Of a stretch of 26,709 bases of DNA, positions 17,001 through 24,939 are shown piece by piece (position 1 is the first letter of the stretch; each line of letters opens with the position of its first letter). The DNA is from a virus (lineage: Duplodnaviria; Caudoviricetes). Position numbers and translations under genes: made by a program. The stretch covers positions 1 to 26,709 of the IMG/VR virus record IMGVR_UViG_3300020045_005585. One strand, written 5' to 3'. The notes beneath the pieces were generated by a model. It was not told where the DNA came from and ran no database searches. It was given only the letters and a program-made list of their open reading frames with translations.

Positions 17001-17230
17001 TAAATATCCAGATTTTCAGAAAGATTGAAGTCGAAGCTTGAAACGTCACGAGTAGTCCTCGAGGTATCGACGACCTGAGCAAATCGGCAGTTCTCGTGCA
17101 GAACAATATTCTTGCCGACGGGAACGTCTTTGTCAGAAAAGGCAGAGACATTGACGTACTGGCGACCTCGATTAAGATCGAAGGGGAGGTATTGGTCGAC
17201 AGGGATTCGTAGGGAAATAGCGTATGGCAT
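17000..17230 (-). CDS. Hypothetical protein
   Basis: 76 aa; TAATG overlaps at both ends. Confidence 0.65.
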   Translation of the reverse strand: MPYAISLRIPVDQYLPFDLNRGRQYVNVSAFSDKDVPVGKNIVLHENCRFAQVVDTSRTTRDVSSFDFNLSENLDI

Positions 17231-17337
17231 TATTCAGTTCCTTCTTGTTCGTCTTCACCGGTAGCTCCGAGACGGGCAAGGAAGCCTGCGTCAGTTTCAC
17301 CGTGTTCGTCATGGAGAGTAATGTCTTCGTAACTCAT
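17230..17337 (-). CDS. 35-aa acidic peptide absent from the ORF track
   Basis: MSYEDITLHDEHGETDAGFLARLGATGEDEQEGTE*; GAGGTAGGA RBS; ATGA overlap upstream and TAATG overlap downstream. Confidence 0.7.
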   Translation of the reverse strand: MSYEDITLHDEHGETDAGFLARLGATGEDEQEGTE

Positions 17338-17489
17338 TTCTTTCCTACCTCTATAATGCGTTTTAGAAGATCAAGAGTTCTTTTGGAAGTATGTGGACTA
17401 GGATTTCTTATAATATCCTCAGCCTCTTTAGACCACCAAGCCTCAAGCTCCTCGGGACAGGGATCAGAGAGCCCGGAAGAAGTTAGCAT
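17334..17489 (-). CDS. 51-aa hypothetical protein
   Basis: MLTSSGLSDPCPEELEAWWSKEAEDII...; overlaps the ATP-grasp end and is coupled to the next ORF. Confidence 0.5.
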   Translation of the reverse strand: MLTSSGLSDPCPEELEAWWSKEAEDIIRNPSPHTSKRTLDLLKRIIEVGKK

Positions 17490-18219
17490 AGTCTTCGACG
17501 GTTTGACCTTCGAGGCCCGGGGCAGTGTTGATTTCGAGGACATATGCTCGCTCCTGTCTACTGTTCCAGATTACGTCGACGGCTCCGAAGTCGAGCCCAG
17601 AAGCCAAGAGTGAGCGTGATGCCACATCCGTGACTGCCACTGGTGGATTGATTCCGTTTCGGGCGAAGACGAACCCATTTCGGTGATTACGTACTTGCCA
17701 GTTGACTTCCGCGTCTGGCGTATCCGTGCGGCGCGCTTTCTTTTGGACGGCGATGATGATAGATTGCCCTGCTCGCATTCCGACATGGACACGATACTCC
17801 TCCTGTTTCTTCACGTACTGGACGTACAACGGAGCCCGTACGAGAGCAGTCCGAGTGTCAGCAATAACAATCCCGTCCCCGCTGTGGCCAGCAAGTACAG
17901 TCCGACATACAATCGGAAAAGCTTCGTCAGGGATGTCGGCTGGATCAGTCCAGAATCTTGGGATGAGATCAGCGAGGCCGCGGTCGGACATGGTGCGGAA
18001 GAAGTTGAGCTTGTTGGTTGCATGGGTGAGGTTGACTCCGTTCATGGTACACTTCTGATACTGTCGAGCATCCGTGTTGCCGTAGTTAATGATAACGTCG
18101 GTGGGACGAGGAATGAACCTCGAGCCCTCCAACTTCAGTACGGCTCCGTCTAGGGCTTCGGCCAGAGCTCTTGCTGCTCTGCTTCCCTGTCGGTAGGGGA
18201 GGACTCTGTAACGTGGCAT
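17464..18219 (-). CDS. RimK-like ATP-grasp ligase (phage type)
   Basis: ATNK, GHSGDGI, EYRVHV, VRNH, GLDFGAVDVI and VLEINTAPG motifs. Confidence 0.9.
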   Translation of the reverse strand: MPRYRVLPYRQGSRAARALAEALDGAVLKLEGSRFIPRPTDVIINYGNTDARQYQKCTMNGVNLTHATNKLNFFRTMSDRGLADLIPRFWTDPADIPDEAFPIVCRTVLAGHSGDGIVIADTRTALVRAPLYVQYVKKQEEYRVHVGMRAGQSIIIAVQKKARRTDTPDAEVNWQVRNHRNGFVFARNGINPPVAVTDVASRSLLASGLDFGAVDVIWNSRQERAYVLEINTAPGLEGQTVEDYANFFRAL

Positions 18220-18235
18220 CTTACTTCCTTCCTTG

Positions 18236-19345
18236 TTAGTTAGGGCGGGCTGTGACCCAACCTAGGCCAGCGGGAGGGGCGGGTTCCCAAGCATCGATGG
18301 CTCTGCGAGGTTGCGCTCTTCCCGCTTCACGAGCCATACGAGTTAAGGCCTCAGCATCTCTTAGAGACATCGCAGGCTTAATCTTCTTCGGCTTCTCGAA
18401 GGGGTTAGGGATGTACTCCTTCTTGATCAGCTCGAGCCAAGCTCCCCAAGGGAATCCGAGCACCAGCGGCTGAACGATTCGGAAACCATCGAGGCACCGT
18501 TGATTGAATACTTCTTGGTCTCCGACGACTTCGGAAAGGAAGGTTGGAAGTCCCTTGCAGATGTCGGAGAAGATGGCATATCCGCCGCGTTCGGACAGGT
18601 CAGTCGCGATTGCAGTCGGGTCAGCATAGTTCTTGACGGCGTATTCGACGAAGGTGTCGACGAAGGTAGCCCATGTCGTGACGGTATCGGCAGCATTGGG
18701 AGATCCCCCGCAACGGATTTCGAAAGAACCCTTCGTCCAGAGAGGGAGGATGTTAAACGCCATATACTTCAAGCCGTTACGGGTCTCGCCCATACCGGGG
18801 AAATGGCCGTAGCGGAGATACTGTTCCCACGCTTGGACGAGAGAGAGGGAGTTCTTGTTGGAAAGGCAGAAGTGATTCGTGACCCGTTCTTCCCCGTTCC
18901 ATTCGATCAGCATCTCTTCGAAGGTACACCACAGAGCTATGATGCTCGTGAGTTCGTTCACCGTCCGGCCCTTCATATTGATGTGGACGTGGGTGGAGCA
19001 GCGATTGCTGTTGTCTACTCCTGACTTCAAGTCCTTGAAAGATTTGAAGAGAAGGTCTACGAGAGCGGGGACTTCCTCTCGCTTAGCCGGGCCAGAGAAG
19101 ATATACTCACGGGACTCACCGCGAAGAGACCCGTCTGCGACACCGACCCAGCGAGTCTTCGTGATAGGGGAGGCGTAATCGAGATGGCCGTCGCGCGGCA
19201 GGGGGTTCTTGGCCTCGATCTCCAACTCAAGGCCGATGGTGCCTTCGAAGGCGTTCTGTACAATAGGCTGGTTCATCGTGACGCCGGGGATGCCGACAGC
19301 CTTAGCCTTTGCCTTGTTGTACTTAGAAAAGAATTCTTCATCCAT
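18236..19345 (-). CDS. Amidoligase (COOH-NH2 ligase, glutamine synthetase/GCS fold)
   Basis: IGLELEIE, DGSL, RCSTHVHIN, KYMAFN and SFEIR motifs. Confidence 0.85.
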   Translation of the reverse strand: MDEEFFSKYNKAKAKAVGIPGVTMNQPIVQNAFEGTIGLELEIEAKNPLPRDGHLDYASPITKTRWVGVADGSLRGESREYIFSGPAKREEVPALVDLLFKSFKDLKSGVDNSNRCSTHVHINMKGRTVNELTSIIALWCTFEEMLIEWNGEERVTNHFCLSNKNSLSLVQAWEQYLRYGHFPGMGETRNGLKYMAFNILPLWTKGSFEIRCGGSPNAADTVTTWATFVDTFVEYAVKNYADPTAIATDLSERGGYAIFSDICKGLPTFLSEVVGDQEVFNQRCLDGFRIVQPLVLGFPWGAWLELIKKEYIPNPFEKPKKIKPAMSLRDAEALTRMAREAGRAQPRRAIDAWEPAPPAGLGWVTARPN

Positions 19346-19544
19346 TGTAAATAAGTCCTTTGCTCCGAAGAAGGTTAAGAACCTCTTCTGCTATTTCATC
19401 TGCTTCTACAACAGTGTGTTTTTCTGCGTCCCAGATTACGTCTGAAATTGCTCCCAACACTTGGTACTCAAGGAAGTCAGAACTCTCGGATGGTGTTGAT
19501 GGTGAAGGCTGCGTCATCCATGATCTCCTCTCGTAGGAAGGCAT
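19338..19544 (-). CDS. Small hypothetical protein
   Basis: Bridges neighbouring genes; ADEIAEEVLNLLRSKG helix; true start may be ATG 19517. Confidence 0.5.
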   Translation of the reverse strand: MPSYERRSWMTQPSPSTPSESSDFLEYQVLGAISDVIWDAEKHTVVEADEIAEEVLNLLRSKGLIYNG

Positions 19545-20160
19545 ACTTGGTCAGCAGGTTCAGAGTGTCGACTCCGGTGAAGAGACCTACGCAGTCAGTA
19601 TTTCGATAGAGCCAGCGGATACCTCTCGCGTCACGCATGACAGCGAACTTCGGACTCACTGCGATAGCCGATGCTTCTGCGATATTGTTCAACGTCCCTT
19701 CCAGCGAGGGATACTTCCCTACGGCCTGCTGCATAAACCCTTCATCGTACATGAAGTGGGCGAAGTTATAGTCACCCCCGTCACGAAGAAGAGGGTTGCC
19801 GTCGTCGTCACGGCTGCGGAAGTACTTCACCAGAGTGTTCTGAGCGGTCAGTCCGTGCTTGGTAGTCGTGTGGGCCCTACGGGATAGGAACACAGCCCCT
19901 GAGACGCGTCCTGAGGCGTTCATCCACCCGAGGGTAGGTAAGTCCCGGAAGCGCTTGAACTTGGGGCTGTTGAGCTTCTTACGAACCTCTTCCTGCTTCT
20001 CCCCGCACTGGCGAAGAGAAGCCCGGTGGTCTCCGTCAGGAAAGTCTGCCCCGTCAAGGAGATTGTTGACGTAGTAGGGAAGCCCGTCATAGAGGACTAC
20101 AGTATGGAGGAGGCGCTCCGACGCCTGCCTCATGTCAGTCCAGAAAATATCCTTAGCCAT
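19477..20160 (-). CDS. Hypothetical protein of the ligase cluster
   Basis: 227 aa with AAGGGG RBS, between the two COOH-NH2 ligases; LGWMN...VFLSRR motif. Confidence 0.75.
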   Translation of the reverse strand: MAKDIFWTDMRQASERLLHTVVLYDGLPYYVNNLLDGADFPDGDHRASLRQCGEKQEEVRKKLNSPKFKRFRDLPTLGWMNASGRVSGAVFLSRRAHTTTKHGLTAQNTLVKYFRSRDDDGNPLLRDGGDYNFAHFMYDEGFMQQAVGKYPSLEGTLNNIAEASAIAVSPKFAVMRDARGIRWLYRNTDCVGLFTGVDTLNLLTKYAFLREEIMDDAAFTINTIREF

Positions 20161-20170
20161 GTCATACCCC

Positions 20171-21082
20171 TTACGCTGCGACTTCGGTGACTTCTGCTTC
20201 TGTGACTGCGACCGTACGCATCGAATCCACGATGTTGTTGAAAGCAGTTTGCGCCGGGCCGTTGCCGTATAGCTGGTTAGCCACGATCATTTGAGCCGTT
20301 CCGAAATCACCTTCGTTGATGATGCGTTCGATATGTTCGGGTGAATACCCTCCCGTCATCCGGGCGACATCCCAACCTGCTGTCATCTTAGTAATAGCGT
20401 AGTTGCTCAGCGTGTGGATGACGAAGCGGCGGTCCTTCGTGCTGATCCAAGCGTTGGAAGGGGTCCGGTATTCGACGCCATAGGGCTTGGGTCGGAACGC
20501 CCCTGCCTTGCCGTACAGGTCGCGGCGGCGGGGATCGCGGTCGATGAAGCACATGAACATGCCAACGGTGGCGTCGAGAGCCTTGATGAAGTTGGCGCAG
20601 ATTTCGATGTGGTCTTCGTTGTCGACAGGAATATCGGCACCCCAACCATAATGGATGTGGCCAGCGCCGCTACGAAAAGCTCGATCACCATCGGGGCGTG
20701 GATTAGCTTGGAGAGTGTACGCGTTGAAGTCAGGGTCACAGCCGAGTTCCTTCACGTGAGCTGGCATCGAAGCCATGTAGTCAGGATCGAAATCCATGAC
20801 AGGCTGGACGGCAAGGTTGTACGTCTTGCCGTTGCGGTTGAGCTCTTCCCGGATATCGGCGATGGTCTTGACGATATTCTGGTTGAAGCGATCGAAGTCC
20901 CAAGATGGAACAGGGTCGATGTTGAATTCAGCAGCGAAGCCGTCCTGCTGGACAGCCCCTACCGAAGTCTTGAACGGAGCCTTCTTGTCACCCCTGAGAC
21001 CCGTCTCATAGACAGAGACAGGCTTGCCTTTGTACTTGACAAAGACTTCGGGATCGGCGCCAAATGTGAAGGAAGTACTCAT
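20171..21082 (-). CDS. phiEco32-like COOH-NH2 ligase type 2
   Basis: FGADPEVF, QQDG..AEFNI, LGCDPDFNAY, RSGAGHIH and RRRDLYGKAGAFRPKPYGVEYRTPSN; start at ATG 21082 (AAGGA RBS). Confidence 0.9.
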   Translation of the reverse strand: MSTSFTFGADPEVFVKYKGKPVSVYETGLRGDKKAPFKTSVGAVQQDGFAAEFNIDPVPSWDFDRFNQNIVKTIADIREELNRNGKTYNLAVQPVMDFDPDYMASMPAHVKELGCDPDFNAYTLQANPRPDGDRAFRSGAGHIHYGWGADIPVDNEDHIEICANFIKALDATVGMFMCFIDRDPRRRDLYGKAGAFRPKPYGVEYRTPSNAWISTKDRRFVIHTLSNYAITKMTAGWDVARMTGGYSPEHIERIINEGDFGTAQMIVANQLYGNGPAQTAFNNIVDSMRTVAVTEAEVTEVAA

Positions 21083-21121
21083 TATTAGATCCTTTATAAA
21101 GTTTTCTATTGACAAATCGGT

Positions 21122-21149
21122 TGCGAAGCCTAGTTTAACAAACTTCGCA
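21122..21149 (-). other. Hairpin spanning the amidotransferase stop codon
   Basis: TGCGAAGTTT...AGGCTTCGCA, 10 bp including two G.U pairs; possible processing or pause site. Confidence 0.4.
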
Positions 21150-22610
21150 GAGAGCATCGTTACCGGGTTCTTGTAGACAGTCAGTGCAGAGGACGTTATG
21201 CTCGTCTACGAACTCTGCAATATCAGTGATGTCCATCAAGGTAGTTTTACAGAAAGTGCATCGACCTTTCGTGTTAGCCATAACAGTGGCTTCGTCGAAT
21301 TCACGACTCGTAGCATTCCACGTAATATATGGAACACCGGCTACATTCCTGAAAGAGACACCGTCAAGCAACTTCCTGCTATAGTCGGTCTTCGATCCCG
21401 GACAATGTTCGGATTGCTTTCCTTTGGAGACCATTGGAAAGACGTTCGAATTGTTCGATGGTAGGGATAGAGTACTCTTTTTGGAGCTCGCCGTAGAAGT
21501 CGGCACCATCGGTGAAGCCGAAGGATTCACAGAGTTTCTCAAGAATTCGACGTTGTGTAGCTGAGAAGGTATCCCATCGGCTGGAGTTTTGGGCAGGCCT
21601 GCGAGGGCGCTGATCTTTTTGGACAGGTCCGAGGGCACTTCCAGCTTCTTTGTTTCGGCGTCTGGACTTCCGATTATGAAAGGGTTTGTTACAGTTCCTA
21701 CAGCCCCGGTAGGTTCCCGATTCCCGCCAGTTGTGAAGCCAACAGGGTTGGCCGACCTCTCATGGACGCCGGGAGAGGTTTCGACCCAGCGACCTTGCTG
21801 CCACTGGCCATACTGCCCGTCTCGGTTCCTATGCAGACCCCCACCAAAGTGCGTAGGAGTCTGATAAGACTTTTTTTCGACATGGATCTCCACGATAGGG
21901 CGGAGGGACATGACCTTTTCTTCGCCCTTTGCATCGGGGTTGATACGGAAGGACCACAGCGTATGCGGAGGAAGCTCATGATAGATCTCCCCCTTGTCGC
22001 CACCGTTCCAGAGCTTCTTCTTTCTGGCGACCGCGCCGAACATCCAGATTTCTGATGCCCAGAACATCGTCTTGAAGTCTTCCGACCATGTGAACCAGAG
22101 GGGGCGTTCGTTGTTGCGGAAGAAGTTCAGAGTTCCCGCGTCATTGTCCCACCATACACAGGCGTAAGCACCTTCTGCCTTCTTAAAGGTATCTTCGACA
22201 CCATTCTTGGCCATGTGGCCATAGAGGACTTCGGAGTCAACCTTGCCGTGATGGTAGGTGTCGAGAGAATGCTGGTTCCGAAGAGTCCCGTTATGGACGC
22301 CGATGATACCCTGTTCAGGAAAGTCGAAGGGGTGAGCGTTCTTGACATTGACTTCCCCAACCGTTTTGCTACGGCAGTGGCCAATCAGTGCCTGTGACTC
22401 ACCCTCGATGTGGCGATCCCATTGCTTGCTATCGTAGAGATAGGCAGGAGGGCCGACCTGCTTTGCGAAGTCGTAACCCCCGTGCTTCTCCACCTTGACG
22501 ACGCCGGTGCTGTCACGACCTCGTACGGCACAGACATCCAACATGTCCTTCATTATTCGATTGCGGAGCTCGTGATCGAGGACTCCCGCCATTCCGACTA
22601 AACCACACAT
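21135..22610 (-). CDS. Class II (Ntn) glutamine amidotransferase with long linker and C-terminal Zn finger
   Basis: N-terminal MCG nucleophile, RGRDSTG, GHCRSKT, NAHPF, HNGT and VDSE; C-terminal CTFC...CTDC. Confidence 0.92.
   Translation of the reverse strand: MCGLVGMAGVLDHELRNRIMKDMLDVCAVRGRDSTGVVKVEKHGGYDFAKQVGPPAYLYDSKQWDRHIEGESQALIGHCRSKTVGEVNVKNAHPFDFPEQGIIGVHNGTLRNQHSLDTYHHGKVDSEVLYGHMAKNGVEDTFKKAEGAYACVWWDNDAGTLNFFRNNERPLWFTWSEDFKTMFWASEIWMFGAVARKKKLWNGGDKGEIYHELPPHTLWSFRINPDAKGEEKVMSLRPIVEIHVEKKSYQTPTHFGGGLHRNRDGQYGQWQQGRWVETSPGVHERSANPVGFTTGGNREPTGAVGTVTNPFIIGSPDAETKKLEVPSDLSKKISALAGLPKTPADGIPSQLHNVEFLRNSVNPSASPMVPTSTASSKKSTLSLPSNNSNVFPMVSKGKQSEHCPGSKTDYSRKLLDGVSFRNVAGVPYITWNATSREFDEATVMANTKGRCTFCKTTLMDITDIAEFVDEHNVLCTDCLQEPGNDALCEVC
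21379..21759 (-). CDS. Start-less -1 frame nested in the amidotransferase (alternative C-terminus)
   Basis: 126 sense codons between TGA 21760-21762 and TAG 21379-21381, ending RWDTFSATQRRILEKLCESFGFTDGADFYGELQKEYSIPTIEQFERLSNGLQRKAIRTLSGIEDRL*. Confidence 0.55.
   Translation of the reverse strand, partial: EVGQPCWLHNWRESGTYRGCRNCNKPFHNRKSRRRNKEAGSALGPVQKDQRPRRPAQNSSRWDTFSATQRRILEKLCESFGFTDGADFYGELQKEYSIPTIEQFERLSNGLQRKAIRTLSGIEDRL
21834..21891 (-). promoter_or_regulatory. Programmed -1 ribosomal frameshift signal
   Basis: GGAG, 11 nt, in-frame A_AAA_AAG (21876-21870), 6-nt spacer, then 11-bp hairpin CAGACTCCTAC/GTGGGGGTCTG. Confidence 0.75.
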
Positions 22611-22654
22611 AATTCTTTCCTTTGTTTACACATACTTAGAAGGAAGAGATAGGA

Positions 22655-23026
22655 CTAAGTACGCTCGTTGAGCAGGTGTTGAACGCGTTGCCTTGACAGC
22701 GAAACACGTTTGGCGATTTTATCAGGACTGTAACCTTCCTCACGTAACCGCAGAATGGCTTCAATCTTGTCGTCTAAGACACCTTTACCTTCTGTCTCCA
22801 TCAGATAATAAACGTCTTTGTGAGGTTTGAACCACTCACCCATCAACCTATGCTTGCGCAAACGTCTGTGGAAAAGCATTTCATCTTCACGTGTTCCTTC
22901 AAAAGATTTGATAATCTGAAGAAGATATGGGTATCCTGTTTGGATAGCCGTTAGCCGACTCTCTGGATTTGTTGAGAATCCAATTTTTATTGGCCCTTTT
23001 TCAATGTCTTGTATAAAGTAAATCAT
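22655..23026 (-). CDS. GIY-YIG (T5orf172/MUG113-like) nuclease with C-terminal HTH
   Basis: IYFI...IKIGFS...RLTAIQTG...E...H...GEWF; HTH GYSPDKIAKRVSLSRQRVQHLL. Confidence 0.82.
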   Translation of the reverse strand: MIYFIQDIEKGPIKIGFSTNPESRLTAIQTGYPYLLQIIKSFEGTREDEMLFHRRLRKHRLMGEWFKPHKDVYYLMETEGKGVLDDKIEAILRLREEGYSPDKIAKRVSLSRQRVQHLLNERT

Positions 23027-23033
23027 TTTTCTC

Positions 23034-23062
23034 TTGACAACATGGTCATTTCATGGTATAAT
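23034..23062 (+). promoter_or_regulatory. Consensus sigma70 promoter on the antisense strand
   Basis: TTGACA-17 nt-TATAAT with extended -10 TG, pointing against all surrounding genes. Confidence 0.8.
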
Positions 23063-23179
23063 ATCGTATAGGATACGAGGTTGATAAGCCCTAGAGTATA
23101 TAACAGAAGTAGCATACAGAGGGCCGACCTCAGGAGGCCCTACCAACATACATTCTCTTGATACCCAATACCTACTACC

Positions 23180-23962
23180 TTACATCAAAGCTGCTGCCCG
23201 CCAGAGTTCGATCTGGGATTCGATATCCTCCCCTACGGATGGTTCCTTGCCGGGCTCTTCGTCGAACATAGAACCTTCCATGAAGTCATACAACTTCGAC
23301 ATGCTCCACGAGCGATACTCTTTGCTGCCAACCTCAGGGTGGCCCTGTACGAAGAGACACTTCGTGTCCTTGTAGTAGCCCGCCTCGATCTCGATCTCGA
23401 CATCGCCCGGCGAAGCCAAGGTCAGCTTGAACGTGTCGCTCTCGAAGCGGTGAGAAATCTGATCCTTGCAAACGGCGAGGACATTGATATTCTGGTTCAG
23501 ACACAGCATCTGGTGATGGTATGAAGTCGCTTTGACGAAGACATCGTCTTCACAGTCGTAGATGAAATGGTCCAGACCAGCATGTCCGTCTACGTCCTGC
23601 CAGAGTTCGCCCCCGTTCATGACGTGAAGGAACTGCGCCCCACGGCAGATGCCGAACATCGGCTTGCCTTGTACGACACATTCGTCATAGACAGCCTTCT
23701 CGTACTCGTCACGCTGTTTGTTAGGTGATTGGGTCTTAGGGTGAGCAGAAGCCCCGTAAAGCTCTGGGTCGACGTCTACGCCGCCATTGAAGACGACTAC
23801 ATCAGCGTCCTCTACGGTAGCCGCACGGGAGAACCCACACTCGGCGAAAAGACTGACGACAGACCCGAAGAACGCACCGCCAAGGATAAGAGCCTTCTTG
23901 CCAGCGAAGTCAGGCATTGTCGTAAAGGAGTATTCCTTCTCTACGGTGGTTAGATTCATCAT
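23180..23962 (-). CDS. Class I glutamine amidotransferase / peptidase C26 (gamma-glutamyl hydrolase-like)
   Basis: GGVDVDPELY, RDEYE, GICRGAQ (Cys), SYHHQ and QGHPE (His-Glu). Start moved to ATG 23962, one nucleotide after the upstream stop. Confidence 0.9.
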   Translation of the reverse strand: MMNLTTVEKEYSFTTMPDFAGKKALILGGAFFGSVVSLFAECGFSRAATVEDADVVVFNGGVDVDPELYGASAHPKTQSPNKQRDEYEKAVYDECVVQGKPMFGICRGAQFLHVMNGGELWQDVDGHAGLDHFIYDCEDDVFVKATSYHHQMLCLNQNINVLAVCKDQISHRFESDTFKLTLASPGDVEIEIEAGYYKDTKCLFVQGHPEVGSKEYRSWSMSKLYDFMEGSMFDEEPGKEPSVGEDIESQIELWRAAALM

Positions 23963-23963
23963 G

Positions 23964-24926
23964 TCAAGTCCGATCCCAAAGGTTGGAGAAGTGTTGGTTA
24001 AGGAAGGGGGCGAGGACTTCGACGGCCTCCCTATTTGTGATCTCGTCCGCCGCGGTCGGAATAAAACCGACAGGCTTTGGCGCGAACGGGTTCGGAGGTT
24101 TGTAAAAAGACTCTTCATTGCCATGGCGGAATTCCTTCAAAGCGGAAACAAAGGCCGGAAACTTCAGACAGTCCTTTACAAGACCATACTCTTGGGTGTA
24201 AATCGAAGACGGAACGTCGAAATCCCAGAAGATAGAACGACCACCCAGATAGTCTCGTCTGGTACGGTAGTGTTCGGAGGGCTTGTTGATGTCCTTCTCT
24301 GTAGCCTTACCCGGATTTCCCGTGAGGAAATTCTGGAACGCGGAGAGATTGAAGAGGTGTGTCACCCGATGCGAGTAATAGCTCTGGAACTTCGAGTTCA
24401 GCAGCGACTTCGTAGACAGCGAAGAGTTAAATGCCAGAGCGTAAGCAATGTCAGGGTTGATCCCTTTCTCTACGAAATCGTTGAAGGTCTTGAAACCGTC
24501 CTCGTGGACCTCGTAGAAGTGACGGGTCATGATCATGATATTCTGCAGAAGAGGTGCATAGATATCCGCAGACACTACGAAGCCGTCGTCGATGTCAGAG
24601 AAGACGATGTAGGGTGCGAAAGGTGAAGTCTTCGTCAGAAAGTCGAAGTAAGGTTGGAAAAGCTCTTTCGACCCCTTCCCGATTGCCTGACGTCGACGTG
24701 ACCACCCGCATTCCGTCGCCACGAGGGAACGGTCAGAGCGAATCTCATAAGAGATTTCCCGGTGGCACGGCTGGGACATACACTCCCGTTGGTCTTCGCG
24801 CGCCAGAATCATGAAGTTAGCTGCGTAACCGAAGTGCTTCTTGTTGTCACGAAGCCATGAGACACAGGTGGCGACCTGTTCCTCAGTATGCTTTGGGTTG
24901 AAATCCAACCCCTTGATGAAAGCCAT
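23964..24926 (-). CDS. Hypothetical protein
   Basis: 320 aa with AAGGG RBS, coupled to the class I amidotransferase; no family recognised. Confidence 0.75.
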   Translation of the reverse strand: MAFIKGLDFNPKHTEEQVATCVSWLRDNKKHFGYAANFMILAREDQRECMSQPCHREISYEIRSDRSLVATECGWSRRRQAIGKGSKELFQPYFDFLTKTSPFAPYIVFSDIDDGFVVSADIYAPLLQNIMIMTRHFYEVHEDGFKTFNDFVEKGINPDIAYALAFNSSLSTKSLLNSKFQSYYSHRVTHLFNLSAFQNFLTGNPGKATEKDINKPSEHYRTRRDYLGGRSIFWDFDVPSSIYTQEYGLVKDCLKFPAFVSALKEFRHGNEESFYKPPNPFAPKPVGFIPTAADEITNREAVEVLAPFLNQHFSNLWDRT

Positions 24927-24939
24927 GATAGATTACCCC

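Noticed and set aside
21109-21136. Second antisense promoter (TTGACA-16-TAGTTT)
   Set aside because: Poor -10 match and short spacer.
21685-21747. Zn-finger-like CWLHNW...CRNC in the -1 frame
   Set aside because: It lies upstream of the plausible slip site with no start codon; Cys and Trp arise readily in -1 from T-ending codons followed by Val or Gly.
23787-24626. Long + strand ORFs (also 13971-14642, 20414-21088, 10517-11113)
   Set aside because: Antisense shadows of well-supported minus-strand genes, with no motifs or clear RBS.
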